Shown piece after piece: positions 48,478 through 62,175 of a stretch of 64,000 bases of DNA (within the stretch, counting starts at the first letter, position 1; every line of letters begins with the position of its first letter). This stretch comes from Escherichia coli (lineage in GTDB: Bacteria > Pseudomonadota > Gammaproteobacteria > Enterobacterales > Enterobacteriaceae), in the NCBI RefSeq assembly GCF_044324785.1, contig NZ_CP172127.1. One strand, 5' to 3'. The notes beneath the pieces are model-generated. The model searched no databases. It was not told the origin of the DNA and worked only from the letters and a program-made list of their open reading frames with translations. The position numbers and the translations under genes were made by a program.

Positions 48478-48898
48478 AACGCCGATCGAGAGAAATTGCC
48501 CCCGGCCCGGTAATTGCCAACAGCAGGAATGCGCCAGCGATACTGACATTCTTCCAGAAATTAATCATATTTGGCCCAACCGCATCGCCGGTCATATCCC
48601 AGTAATGGTGACCAATTACCGCTGTACCCAGCGTGTAGAAAATAAACAGCACCGCCAGCGGACGGGTGAAAAAGCCAAGCACGATTAATATCGCGGCGGG
48701 CACTTCCATAACTACCGCAATAATCGCTGCCAGCATCGGCATTGGCGCGCCCAGCGAGGCCATATATTGGACCGTACCGTCAAAACCCATCATTTTGGGA
48801 AAACCAAAAATAATGAAAATTAAGACCACGGCGATACGGGCAATTAATAACAAAACGGGGCGTGCAGCACCAAAATCAAAATAACGTAGTGAGTTCAT
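48476..48898 (-). CDS. yphA: DoxX-family inner membrane protein YphA, 140 aa
   Basis: ORF 48476..48970; internal ATG (cat 48896-48898) gives [14 protein letters not shown]... Confidence 0.85.
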   Translation of the reverse strand: MNSLRYFDFGAARPVLLLIARIAVVLIFIIFGFPKMMGFDGTVQYMASLGAPMPMLAAIIAVVMEVPAAILIVLGFFTRPLAVLFIFYTLGTAVIGHHYWDMTGDAVGPNMINFWKNVSIAGAFLLLAITGPGAISLDRR

Positions 48899-48994
48899 AA
48901 CCAATCCCTTTGCAAGATAATGTGATTTAAACGTAATACACACTCTGGTACCTCGCCACGCCCCAGGCATTGAGATATTCGCTAATTATCCTGG

Positions 48995-50206
<1,212 letters not shown>

Positions 50207-51019
50207 TTAAAGATCCAGCCCAGCCGCTACGTGGCGAATGCCGCGAATCGCTAAACCCGCATCAGCGTTGATCATCACACCGCTTAATGCGCGATTATTG
50301 CGCCGCGATGCCAACATCACATACGGACCCGTAAAATCCGCCGGTTGCGGGAAAAATTGCAGCGGTAAAATGGCGGCAATTTTCTCAGGCGTCAGAGACT
50401 GCATTATCGAGGTTTCACTTTGCCCGAGCGCCTGTGGGCCGCGCAGGTCGCTGGCCATACCACACGGGCCGACGCCATTCACCCGCACTTTCGGTGCCAG
50501 TTCATAAGCCAGTTGGCGAATAAGTCCGGTTGCGGCATGTTTACTGGCGGTGTACAGCGGGCCACCGCCGCCGGGATACCAGGCGGCGTTTGACAGTGTG
50601 AAAATCATGCTGCCTTCACTGGCGATTAACGCCGGAGCGCAGGCTTTTGCGCCCAGCAGGTAACCGAGTACGTTGACGTTAAACAGCTCGTGGAAGCCAG
50701 TTTCGAGCGTCTCTGCAGGAGTATTAACCAGTGAGGCATTGTGATCCCAGATGCCCGCATTGCCGATAAAACAATCCAGCTTGCCAGAACGAGTCAGGAT
50801 CTGATCGACCGCGCGTTGATAATCGGCATAACAGGTCACGTTACCTTCCACCGCCAGAATATGTTCGCCAAATCGCTGACGCAGACTGGCGACTTTTGCC
50901 GCCGACAGTTCCAGCGTGGCAACCTGCGCGCCTTCTTCGATAAATCGCTCGACCAGCGCCAGGCCTAATCCCGATCCGCCGCCGGTAATAAAGATGGACT
51001 CGTTATGCAGATCGCTCAT
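50207..51019 (-). CDS. hcaB: 2,3-dihydroxy-2,3-dihydrophenylpropionate dehydrogenase (SDR)
   Basis: 270 aa; SDR motifs TGGGSGLG and YTASK. Confidence 0.95.
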
Positions 51020-51335
51020 GGCTGCGCCTCCGGTAAGTCGATGAAGATGTCACCACCTTCAACGTGTACTGGATAAGTGGTGAGCGGATCGGTGGCGGGC
51101 AGGCATAATGCTTTCCCCGTTTTCAGGCAAAAACTGGCGGCGTGCAGCGGGCACTCCACCGTGGCGTCATCTTCCAGATACCCTTCTGACATCGACGCAT
51201 TACCATGGCTGCAACGATCGTTAATGGCATAAAACTCGCCGCCTACGTTGAACAGGGCGATGACGGGCGAGGTATCGATCCGGAGAGCCTCACCCTCCGG
51301 CACATCCGCAACGGGACACGCATAAATTCGATTCA

Positions 51336-51336
<1 letters not shown>
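51016..51336 (-). CDS. hcaC: Rieske ferredoxin subunit of 3-phenylpropionate dioxygenase
   Basis: 106 aa; Rieske CSH...CPLH motifs. Confidence 0.95.
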
Positions 51337-53248
<1,912 letters not shown>

Positions 53249-53347
53249 CTATTTTTGTGCCATAAGGATGTTGCTGGTTGGTTGCTAATATGTGAAATAG
53301 TTAATTTCTACCAGCTGAGACGTTTTTTCGATAACAAGGGGAAGGTG

Positions 53348-54238
53348 ATGGAACTACGGCATTTACGCTATTTCGTCGCAGTGGCGCAGGCACTGAACTT
53401 TACCCGTGCGGCGGAAAAACTGCATACCTCACAGCCTTCGTTAAGCAGCCAGATCCGCGATCTTGAAAACTGTGTCGGTGTTCCGTTGCTGGTGAGGGAT
53501 AAGCGCAAAGTCGCGTTGACGGCGGCGGGAGAATGTTTTCTCCAGGACGCGCTGGCAATCCTCGAACAAGCGGAAAATGCCAAATTACGGGCGCGGAAAA
53601 TTGTTCAGGAAGACAGACAATTAACCATTGGCTTTGTGCCATCGGCGGAAGTGAATTTACTGCCAAAAGTATTACCGATGTTTCGTCTCAGACAGCCAGA
53701 TACCTTAATTGAGCTGGTGAGTTTAATCACCACGGAACAGGAAGAAAAAATTCGCCGTGGTGAACTCGACGTCGGCTTAATGCGCCATCCTGTTTATAGC
53801 CCGGAGATTGATTATCTGGAGCTTTTTGACGAACCATTAGTGGTGGTGTTACCGGTTGATCACCCTTTAGCACATGAAAAAGAGATCACTGCCGCGCAAC
53901 TGGATGGCGTGAATTTCGTCAGTACTGATCCAGCGTATTCCGGTTCGCTTGCGCCGATCGTTAAAGCGTGGTTTGCGCAAGAAAACAGCCAGCCAAATAT
54001 CGTCCAGGTGGCAACGAATATTCTGGTGACCATGAATCTGGTGGGGATGGGGCTGGGCGTCACTTTGATACCCGGTTATATGAATAATTTTAATACCGGC
54101 CAGGTGGTATTTCGACCCATTGCCGGAAATGTGCCTTCCATTGCTTTACTGATGGCGTGGAAGAAAGGGGAGATGAAGCCGGCATTACGCGATTTCATCG
54201 CCATTGTGCAGGAACGTTTGGCAAGCGTAACGGCATAA
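53348..54238 (+). CDS. hcaR: LysR-family activator of the hca operon, 296 aa
   Basis: ORF 53255..54238; ATG 53348 after AAGGTG; divergent from hcaE. Confidence 0.9.
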   Translation: MELRHLRYFVAVAQALNFTRAAEKLHTSQPSLSSQIRDLENCVGVPLLVRDKRKVALTAAGECFLQDALAILEQAENAKLRARKIVQEDRQLTIGFVPSAEVNLLPKVLPMFRLRQPDTLIELVSLITTEQEEKIRRGELDVGLMRHPVYSPEIDYLELFDEPLVVVLPVDHPLAHEKEITAAQLDGVNFVSTDPAYSGSLAPIVKAWFAQENSQPNIVQVATNILVTMNLVGMGLGVTLIPGYMNNFNTGQVVFRPIAGNVPSIALLMAWKKGEMKPALRDFIAIVQERLASVTA

Positions 54239-54397
54239 TTACGCATTATTTTTGCAACATGCGTCGCGGATCGCAGTTTTTTAGTGCTTGTGAACTGGTG
54301 TTACAGACATCGGGAAGCAGGCTCGAATATTCTTATTTTTCAACTTGCACCAACATTCGATTAACCCCAGACTAACGCCTCCTGACGGGAGGGACTC

Positions 54398-55537
54398 ATG
54401 GTTTTGCAATCCACGCGCTGGTTGGCGCTCGGCTATTTCACATACTTTTTTAGTTACGGCATTTTTCTACCTTTCTGGAGCGTCTGGCTTAAGGGGATTG
54501 GTTTAACGCCAGAAACCATCGGCCTGTTATTGGGGGCAGGTCTGGTTGCCCGTTTTCTCGGGAGCTTGCTCATCGCGCCCCGCGTCAGCGATCCTTCTCG
54601 CCTGATTTCCGCCTTGCGCGTGCTGGCACTGCTGACACTTCTCTTTGCTGTCGCATTCTGGGCGGGGGCGCACGTAGCGTGGCTGATGCTGGTGATGATT
54701 GGCTTTAACCTCTTTTTCTCACCACTGGTACCGTTGACCGATGCACTGGCGAATACGTGGCAAAAGCAGTTCCCGCTTGATTACGGCAAAGTGCGATTGT
54801 GGGGCTCGGTGGCGTTTGTCATTGGCTCGGCGCTGACGGGCAAACTGGTCAGTATGTTTGATTATCGGGTGATCCTCGCGCTGTTGACGTTGGGCGTGGC
54901 ATCCATGCTGCTCGGCTTTCTCATCCGTCCGACGATTCAGCCACAAGGGGCAAGCCGCCAGCAGGAGAGCACCGGTTGGTCTGCGTGGTTGGCGTTGGTT
55001 CGCCAGAACTGGCGCTTTCTGGCCTGCGTTTGTTTATTGCAGGGGGCGCATGCGGCCTATTACGGTTTTAGCGCCATTTACTGGCAGGCTGCTGGCTACT
55101 CGGCCTCGGCGGTGGGCTATTTGTGGTCGCTGGGCGTGGTGGCGGAAGTCATTATCTTTGCGCTGAGTAATAAACTTTTCCGCCGTTGTAGTGCACGCGA
55201 TATGCTGTTGATCTCAGCGATTTGCGGCGTAGTGCGCTGGGGCATTATGGGAGTAACTACGGCGTTGCCGTGGTTGATAGTGGTGCAAATTCTGCATTGT
55301 GGCACCTTCACGGTCTGCCACCTGGCCGCCATGCGCTATATTGCCGCTCGCCAGGGTAGCGAAGTCATCCGTTTACAGGCGGTTTACTCTGCCGTCGCGA
55401 TGGGCGGCAGTATTGCGATCATGACCGTTTTCGCCGGTTTCCTGTATCAATATCTGGGGCACGGCGTGTTCTGGGTGATGGCGCTGGTGGCGCTTCCGGC
55501 AATGTTTTTGCGCCCGAAAGTTGTTCCCTCATGCTGA
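54398..55537 (+). CDS. hcaT: MFS transporter HcaT (putative 3-phenylpropionate permease)
   Basis: 379 aa, 12-TM MFS-like. Confidence 0.9.
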   Translation: MVLQSTRWLALGYFTYFFSYGIFLPFWSVWLKGIGLTPETIGLLLGAGLVARFLGSLLIAPRVSDPSRLISALRVLALLTLLFAVAFWAGAHVAWLMLVMIGFNLFFSPLVPLTDALANTWQKQFPLDYGKVRLWGSVAFVIGSALTGKLVSMFDYRVILALLTLGVASMLLGFLIRPTIQPQGASRQQESTGWSAWLALVRQNWRFLACVCLLQGAHAAYYGFSAIYWQAAGYSASAVGYLWSLGVVAEVIIFALSNKLFRRCSARDMLLISAICGVVRWGIMGVTTALPWLIVVQILHCGTFTVCHLAAMRYIAARQGSEVIRLQAVYSAVAMGGSIAIMTVFAGFLYQYLGHGVFWVMALVALPAMFLRPKVVPSC

Positions 55538-56809
55538 TTCGAGCATTTTGCGGATCTGCTCCTGTTGATGTGTTGTCAGCGTCAAGTCCGTATAGATCAG
55601 CGGTGGTGAAAAGAGCGGTAACGGCATGGTATAAGGCGCAATAATCAGTGCCGCGCCGCGCGGAGCGCCTGTCTGCAAAAATACCTTTACCGACATATGT
55701 TTAATGTTGAGCGGCAGTAACGTTAGTTCGCGTAGCTGCTGCTCAATCTGCGCTTCTCGCTCGCTATCATTCCCGGTCAGTAGAATAATCTGTTTCTCAT
55801 GCAGGTCGTTTTCCTGCATTAGCCAGGCACCGAAAATCACCGCGACCAGACCGCTTTCCTCATCAGAAAGATGGACGCCGTATTCACTTTCAAATCCGGC
55901 CAGCGCCGCGCGGGTGGTGCGCACCAGGCGTGGATACAGGCGGGCGAACTCTTCCGGCAGGGTGTTATCAATACCGATGGCAAACAAACTGCGATTTAAC
56001 GCCTGGGCGAGGTGGGTATAAAGCTGATCGCACAACCCCTGTTCATCATAAAAACGAACATTTCCCAGCTCACGAAAGTGGTTTACTAGACGTTTGATAG
56101 ACTTACGCAGTTGTCTGTCCCGCTGATGCGCATCCCGCAGTGGATCGGGAACCCGCAACATGGAAAAAAGTAATGCCATAAACAGTGGCTCATCAGGCGG
56201 TACAGGCTGGAGCGCCCGACGCTGCCAGTGGCGTCCAATTTCCTGCGCTACCTGAAATTCAAGGCAGGATTCCGCCCAGCGACGTTGGAGCGGATTAAAC
56301 TGAGGCGTAATTCCAGCGTGGTGTTGCAGCAAACAATATTGCAGATACAGACACAGGAAATGAATATCGCGCGTTTCAAAGCGTTTTTGCAGCCGTCGGG
56401 AGCAGAGATTCACTAACGCTTGTAGATTGGTATCGTCGTAAAAGTTACGCGCAATTCCGCGTCGCTTCAGTTCACTCTTCAGGGCGGGGGTGAAATGGCT
56501 GGTAATAAATGACGGACACAGACGGAAACCACGTCGTAGCCAGTGAAATAAACACAAACGTTGGTTAAGCACTGTACCTTCAACCCGGTAGCTACCGTCA
56601 TAACCAGTAGTCAGTGTGAGTTGATGATAGCGCAGGATCTCACGTCCTGTTTCGCTGATATCAAGACTGGCAATATCATCATCCACACCATTAAGCTCGC
56701 TGAAAGTTGCCGTGGTGGCGGTCAACCCCGGCTGAAAGAGTGTCAGCAAGATCTGGCAGCGGCGCTGGGGAGCCGAAAGGACAGATGGTGGAGCAAGCGT
56801 AGGCATCAT
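55529..56809 (-). CDS. csiE: Stationary-phase-inducible protein CsiE, 426 aa
   Basis: ORF 55529..56830; ATG (cat 56807-56809) gives MMPTLAPPSV...; 3' end overlaps hcaT by 9 nt. Confidence 0.85.
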   Translation of the reverse strand: MMPTLAPPSVLSAPQRRCQILLTLFQPGLTATTATFSELNGVDDDIASLDISETGREILRYHQLTLTTGYDGSYRVEGTVLNQRLCLFHWLRRGFRLCPSFITSHFTPALKSELKRRGIARNFYDDTNLQALVNLCSRRLQKRFETRDIHFLCLYLQYCLLQHHAGITPQFNPLQRRWAESCLEFQVAQEIGRHWQRRALQPVPPDEPLFMALLFSMLRVPDPLRDAHQRDRQLRKSIKRLVNHFRELGNVRFYDEQGLCDQLYTHLAQALNRSLFAIGIDNTLPEEFARLYPRLVRTTRAALAGFESEYGVHLSDEESGLVAVIFGAWLMQENDLHEKQIILLTGNDSEREAQIEQQLRELTLLPLNIKHMSVKVFLQTGAPRGAALIIAPYTMPLPLFSPPLIYTDLTLTTHQQEQIRKMLESA

Positions 56810-56999
56810 CTGTAGATCTCCCATAAGCATAATTGATAAGAATAGCTAAAGTTTGCTCAGGGAAATGGCGAAGGGAATGCTAATCATCAGAAATGTTGGC
56901 AAGCGTCACAGAATTTTTCTCATCTTAAACTGTTCTGACCAGTGGATTAGCATGTCTTAAGGTAGTTTTGTGAATGATTATCGTGCTAGCGATCATGGG

Positions 57000-57854
57000 T
57001 TAGTTCTGCGGATTCAACGCGCTAAGGATAAAATCCACTATCTGTTCGCGATAAACATCGCCGTGACGATCGGAAAAAGCATCAATGTGTTCGCCATCCG
57101 GGATTAGGATCAACCGTTTTGGCTCTTTTGCCAGGCTATACAACTTTTCGCTGTGCTGCCATGGGATAACGTGATCAGCTTTACCGTGAATCAGTAAAAG
57201 CGGGATCGGGCTGACGCTGGCGATGTAATTTTCGCCGCTGTAACTCTCATCAAGTAAGTAGCCACTGCCGGGGATCATCTGGTTGGCGATGGTCGCATAA
57301 GAGGCAAATGTGGAGTCGAGGATCACCGCACGTATGCCTTCACGATCACCCTGACCAATAACATCCAGAATATTCGCCCCGCCAATACTCTGCCCGAACA
57401 GCACCAGCCGTTGTGGGTTTACATCACTGCGATGGCGCACCACATTGATGGCACTTTGCGTATCGTCCAGCAATCCGGCCTGGGACGGCGTGCCTTTTGA
57501 TTTACCGAATCCACGATAATCAAACATAAAAACATTGAAATTACGTTCGGGTAACCAACTGACCAGCGGCCAGTGGGCGGACATATTTCCGGCATTGCCG
57601 TGAGCATGAATAATGGTAGCAATGGCGTTATCAGCAGGGCCCGTCGAAGAAGGGATAAACCAGCCTTGCAGATGAGTACCGTCCTTAGCCGTAAATTCGA
57701 CGGATTCCGCCGACCAGGGTTCGGGACCGTAGATTTTGTCGTCAGGGTAATAGAAAAAATTGATGGCGATGCGCGGTATTAAATAAATGCAGAAGGCAAC
57801 AACAAAGAGAATAAACAGAATTTTGAGAACGCGTTTGTTCACTGGCAGCGCCAT
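57000..57854 (-). CDS. yfhR: Alpha/beta-hydrolase-fold protein YfhR, 284 aa
   Basis: ORF 57000..57881; ATG (cat 57852-57854) gives MALPVNKRVLK...; N-terminal TM anchor and nucleophile elbow GQSIGG. Confidence 0.85.
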   Translation of the reverse strand: MALPVNKRVLKILFILFVVAFCIYLIPRIAINFFYYPDDKIYGPEPWSAESVEFTAKDGTHLQGWFIPSSTGPADNAIATIIHAHGNAGNMSAHWPLVSWLPERNFNVFMFDYRGFGKSKGTPSQAGLLDDTQSAINVVRHRSDVNPQRLVLFGQSIGGANILDVIGQGDREGIRAVILDSTFASYATIANQMIPGSGYLLDESYSGENYIASVSPIPLLLIHGKADHVIPWQHSEKLYSLAKEPKRLILIPDGEHIDAFSDRHGDVYREQIVDFILSALNPQN

Positions 57855-57998
57855 AACCTTTCCTTGCGACTTCTTTATCATCCATTAATCGGGGAAAGAT
57901 GGTGGGAGAGTGGCGAAAGAAAGTAAAGCGGTGAGGAAGTATTTCGGAATAGCGCCTGAAAGGCGAGGGCGGGTGAGTGACATCACCCGCCAGAGTCA

Positions 57999-58802
57999 TT
58001 AACGCTTCAGGGCGTCGCTTAACTCGTCACGCATGTTCGCCAGCATGGCTTTAACAACGCGCGGGTTACCAGCAACGATGTTACCGGTCAGCATGTAGTT
58101 ATGACCACCGGTGAAGTCGCTGACGATGCCGCCCGCTTCACGAACCAGCAGCTCGCCTGCGGCGAAATCCCACGGACGCAGACCGATTTCAAAGAAACCG
58201 TCAACGCGACCCGCAGCAACGTAAGCCAGATCCAGCGCCGCAGAACCGGTACGACGGAAGTCAGCGCATTCGTTGAACAGTTTGCCGACGATGTTGATGT
58301 AGGTGGTGGCGTACTGTTTTGCTTTGAACGGGAAGCCGGTCGCCAGAATAGTACCGTCGAGATCGCGAGCGGTGCTGCCGCGCAGACGGTAGCCGTTCAG
58401 CTGTGCGCCCTGACCGCGAGTGGCGGTGAACAGTTCGTTACGCATAGGATCGTAAACCACAGCAACTTCAGTGCGGCCTTTGATACGAACGGCGATAGAT
58501 ACCGCGAAGTGCGGCAGACGTTTGATAAAGTTGGTAGTGCCATCCAGTGGATCGATAACCCATTGAACATCCTGATCAGTACCTTCAAGTTCACCGCTTT
58601 CTTCGGTGATGATGGTGTGCTGTGGGTAAGATTTACGAATCGTGTCGATAATCACCGCTTCGGCAGCTTTATCTACGTTGGTCACGAAGTCGTTACTGCC
58701 TTTCTGGCTCGCTTCTACAGCGTCCGGGGTTTCATAGTTTTTGGCAATTAAATTACCCGCCTTGCGCGCTGCGCGCACGGCGATGTTCAGCATCGGATGC
58801 AT
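57999..58802 (-). CDS. suhB: Inositol monophosphatase SuhB
   Basis: 267 aa; IMPase motifs DPLDGT and WDFAAG. Confidence 0.97.
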   Translation of the reverse strand: MHPMLNIAVRAARKAGNLIAKNYETPDAVEASQKGSNDFVTNVDKAAEAVIIDTIRKSYPQHTIITEESGELEGTDQDVQWVIDPLDGTTNFIKRLPHFAVSIAVRIKGRTEVAVVYDPMRNELFTATRGQGAQLNGYRLRGSTARDLDGTILATGFPFKAKQYATTYINIVGKLFNECADFRRTGSAALDLAYVAAGRVDGFFEIGLRPWDFAAGELLVREAGGIVSDFTGGHNYMLTGNIVAGNPRVVKAMLANMRDELSDALKR

Positions 58803-58920
58803 CGGTCTCTCTCACTGGATGTTAAAGAACGGGAAAACGGCGCAGAGTATAGCAGCGAGATCGGCATCTGTCTTCGTTTTATGATAAGATGCGCGAATAA
58901 TCTTTAGACGAAGAAAGACA

Positions 58921-59661
58921 ATGCTGCAAAATATTCGAATTGTGCTGGTGGAGACGTCACACACCGGCAATATGGGTTCTGTTGCCCGTGCCATGAAAAC
59001 AATGGGATTAACCAATCTGTGGCTGGTTAATCCACTGGTGAAACCTGACTCCCAGGCGATTGCCCTGGCAGCAGGGGCCAGCGATGTGATTGGTAATGCT
59101 CATATCGTCGATACGCTCGACGAAGCGTTAGCCGGTTGTAGCCTGGTGGTGGGCACCAGCGCACGCTCCCGCACGCTGCCGTGGCCGATGCTCGACCCGC
59201 GCGAATGTGGTCTGAAAAGCGTCGCTGAAGCGGCAAATACCCCGGTGGCGCTGGTTTTTGGTCGTGAGCGTGTTGGCTTGACCAATGAAGAGTTGCAGAA
59301 ATGCCATTATCATGTCGCGATTGCTGCGAACCCGGAATACAGTTCGCTGAACCTGGCGATGGCGGTTCAGGTTATTGCCTATGAAGTGCGCATGGCCTGG
59401 CTGGCAACTCAGGAAGATGGCGAACAAGTCGAGCATGAAGAGACGCCGTATCCGCTGGTCGATGATCTGGAGCGTTTTTATGGTCATCTGGAACAAACGC
59501 TGCTGGCAACCGGTTTTATTCGTGAAAACCATCCGGGGCAGGTGATGAATAAATTGCGCCGTCTGTTTACCCGTGCGCGCCCGGAAAGCCAGGAATTGAA
59601 TATCCTGCGCGGGATTCTGGCTTCTATAGAGCAGCAGAATAAAGGTAATAAGGCCGAATAA
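58921..59661 (+). CDS. trmJ: tRNA (cytidine/uridine-2'-O)-methyltransferase TrmJ (YfhQ)
   Basis: 246 aa SpoU-class methyltransferase. Confidence 0.95.
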   Translation: MLQNIRIVLVETSHTGNMGSVARAMKTMGLTNLWLVNPLVKPDSQAIALAAGASDVIGNAHIVDTLDEALAGCSLVVGTSARSRTLPWPMLDPRECGLKSVAEAANTPVALVFGRERVGLTNEELQKCHYHVAIAANPEYSSLNLAMAVQVIAYEVRMAWLATQEDGEQVEHEETPYPLVDDLERFYGHLEQTLLATGFIRENHPGQVMNKLRRLFTRARPESQELNILRGILASIEQQNKGNKAE

Positions 59662-59669
59662 CAGTGGTT

Positions 59670-59753
59670 GCCTGATGCGACGCTTAATGCGTCTTATCAG
59701 GCCTACAATGTACAGAACCGTAGGTCGGATAAGGTGTTCACACCGCATCCGAC
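59670..59753. repeat. REP/BIME pair between trmJ and iscR
   Basis: GCCTGATGCGACGCTTAATGCGTCTTATCAGGCCTAC and GTAGGTCGGATAAGGTGTTCACACCGCATCCGAC in inverted arrangement. Confidence 0.8.
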
Positions 59754-59799
59754 AACAGGTACAAACGCCACGATAAAAAAATGGCACTGAAGGTTAAAT

Positions 59800-59880
59800 A
59801 CCCGACTAAATCAGTCAAGTAAATAGTTGACCAATTTACTCGGGAATGTCAGACTTGACCCTGCTATGCAATACCCCCAC
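59800..59880 (+). promoter_or_regulatory. iscR promoter with tandem IscR type-1 binding sites
   Basis: AAATACCCGACTAAATCAGTCAAGTAAATAGTTGACC and AATTTACTCGGGAATGTCAGACTTGACCC upstream of iscR; match the recalled IscR autoregulatory sites. Confidence 0.7.
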
Positions 59881-59930
59881 TTTTACAATAAAAAACCCCG
59901 GGCAGGGGCGAGTTTGAGGTGAAGTAAGAC

Positions 59931-60419
59931 ATGAGACTGACATCTAAAGGGCGCTATGCCGTGACCGCAATGCTTGACGTTGCGCTCAACTCTGAAGCGG
60001 GCCCGGTACCGTTGGCTGATATTTCCGAACGTCAGGGAATTTCCCTTTCTTATCTGGAACAACTGTTTTCCCGTCTGCGTAAAAATGGTCTGGTTTCCAG
60101 CGTACGTGGACCAGGCGGTGGTTATCTGTTAGGCAAAGATGCCAGCAGCATCGCCGTTGGCGAAGTGATTAGCGCCGTTGACGAATCTGTAGATGCTACC
60201 CGTTGTCAGGGTAAAGGCGGCTGCCAGGGCGGCGATAAATGCCTGACCCACGCGCTGTGGCGTGATTTGAGCGACCGTCTCACCGGTTTTCTCAACAACA
60301 TTACTTTAGGCGAACTGGTTAATAACCAGGAAGTGCTGGATGTGTCTGGTCGTCAGCATACTCACGACGCGCCACGCACCCGCACACAAGACGCGATCGA
60401 CGTTAAGTTACGCGCTTAA
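59931..60419 (+). CDS. iscR: Fe-S cluster regulator IscR
   Basis: 162 aa Rrf2-family; cluster-ligating Cys residues (CQGKGGC...C). Confidence 0.97.
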
Positions 60420-60530
60420 TAAAAAGTATTCAGAATCAGGCCGGAGTGTTTAACACTCCGTAAACACGGTCGTACATCCAGCCGGTAGCCTGGTTCCTTG
60501 CATTGAGTGATGTACGGAGTTTATAGAGCA

Positions 60531-61745
60531 ATGAAATTACCGATTTATCTCGACTACTCCGCAACCACGCCGGTGGACCCGCGTGTTGCCGAGAAAATGA
60601 TGCAGTTTATGACGATGGACGGAACCTTTGGTAACCCGGCCTCCCGTTCTCACCGTTTCGGCTGGCAGGCTGAAGAAGCGGTAGATATCGCCCGTAATCA
60701 GATTGCCGATCTGGTCGGCGCTGACCCGCGTGAAATCGTCTTTACCTCTGGTGCAACCGAATCTGACAACCTGGCGATCAAAGGTGCAGCCAACTTTTAT
60801 CAGAAAAAAGGCAAGCACATCATCACCAGTAAAACCGAACACAAAGCGGTACTGGATACCTGCCGTCAGCTGGAGCGCGAAGGTTTCGAAGTCACCTACC
60901 TGGCACCGCAGCGTAATGGCATTATCGACCTGAAAGAACTGGAAGCAGCGATGCGTGACGACACCATCCTCGTTTCCATCATGCACGTAAATAACGAAAT
61001 CGGCGTGGTGCAGGATATCGCGGCTATCGGCGAAATGTGCCGTGCTCGCGGCATTATCTATCACGTTGATGCAACCCAGAGCGTGGGCAAACTGCCTATC
61101 GACCTGAGCCAGTTGAAAGTTGACCTGATGTCATTCTCCGGTCACAAAATCTATGGCCCGAAAGGGATCGGTGCGCTGTATGTGCGTCGTAAACCGCGCG
61201 TACGCATCGAAGCGCAAATGCACGGCGGCGGTCACGAGCGCGGTATGCGTTCCGGCACTCTGCCTGTTCACCAGATCGTTGGTATGGGCGAAGCCTATCG
61301 CATCGCAAAAGAAGAGATGGCGACCGAGATGGAACGTCTGCGCGGCCTGCGTAACCGTCTGTGGAACGGCATCAAAGATATCGAAGAAGTTTACCTGAAC
61401 GGTGACCTGGAACACGGTGCGCCGAACATTCTCAACGTCAGCTTCAACTACGTTGAAGGTGAGTCGCTGATTATGGCGCTGAAAGACCTCGCGGTTTCTT
61501 CCGGCTCCGCCTGTACGTCGGCAAGCCTCGAACCGTCCTACGTGCTGCGCGCGCTGGGGCTGAACGACGAGCTGGCACATAGCTCTATCCGTTTCTCTTT
61601 AGGTCGTTTTACTACTGAAGAAGAGATCGACTACACCATCGAGTTAGTTCGTAAATCCATCGGTCGTCTGCGTGACCTTTCTCCGCTGTGGGAAATGTAC
61701 AAGCAGGGCGTGGATCTGAACAGCATCGAATGGGCACATCATTAA
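60531..61745 (+). CDS. iscS: Cysteine desulfurase IscS, 404 aa
   Basis: ORF 60507..61745 (GTG); ATG 60531; PLP-lysine [12 protein letters not shown] and active-site SSGSACTS. Confidence 0.98.
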
Positions 61746-61772
61746 TCGGTATCGGAATCAGGAGAATTTATA

Positions 61773-62159
61773 ATGGCTTACAGCGAAAAAGTTATCGACC
61801 ATTACGAGAATCCGCGTAACGTGGGTTCCTTTGACAACAACGACGAGAACGTCGGCAGCGGCATGGTGGGTGCACCGGCCTGTGGCGACGTGATGAAGTT
61901 GCAGATTAAAGTCAACGATGAAGGTATCATTGAAGACGCGCGTTTTAAAACTTACGGCTGCGGTTCTGCTATCGCTTCCAGCTCCCTGGTCACCGAATGG
62001 GTGAAAGGGAAGTCTCTCGACGAAGCGCAGGCGATCAAAAACACCGATATTGCTGAAGAACTTGAACTGCCGCCGGTGAAAATTCACTGTTCTATTCTGG
62101 CAGAAGACGCGATCAAAGCCGCCATTGCGGACTATAAAAGCAAACGTGAAGCAAAATAA
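61773..62159 (+). CDS. iscU: Fe-S cluster scaffold IscU
   Basis: 128 aa; GAPACGD, LPPVK and HCS motifs. Confidence 0.98.
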   Translation: MAYSEKVIDHYENPRNVGSFDNNDENVGSGMVGAPACGDVMKLQIKVNDEGIIEDARFKTYGCGSAIASSSLVTEWVKGKSLDEAQAIKNTDIAEELELPPVKIHCSILAEDAIKAAIADYKSKREAK

Positions 62160-62175
62160 GAGTTGAGGTTTGGTT

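Noticed and set aside
56876-56995. Possible CRP half-sites (TGTGA / TCACA) in the csiE upstream region
   Set aside because: Only half-site matches with unconvincing spacing were seen; too weak to call without a matrix scan.
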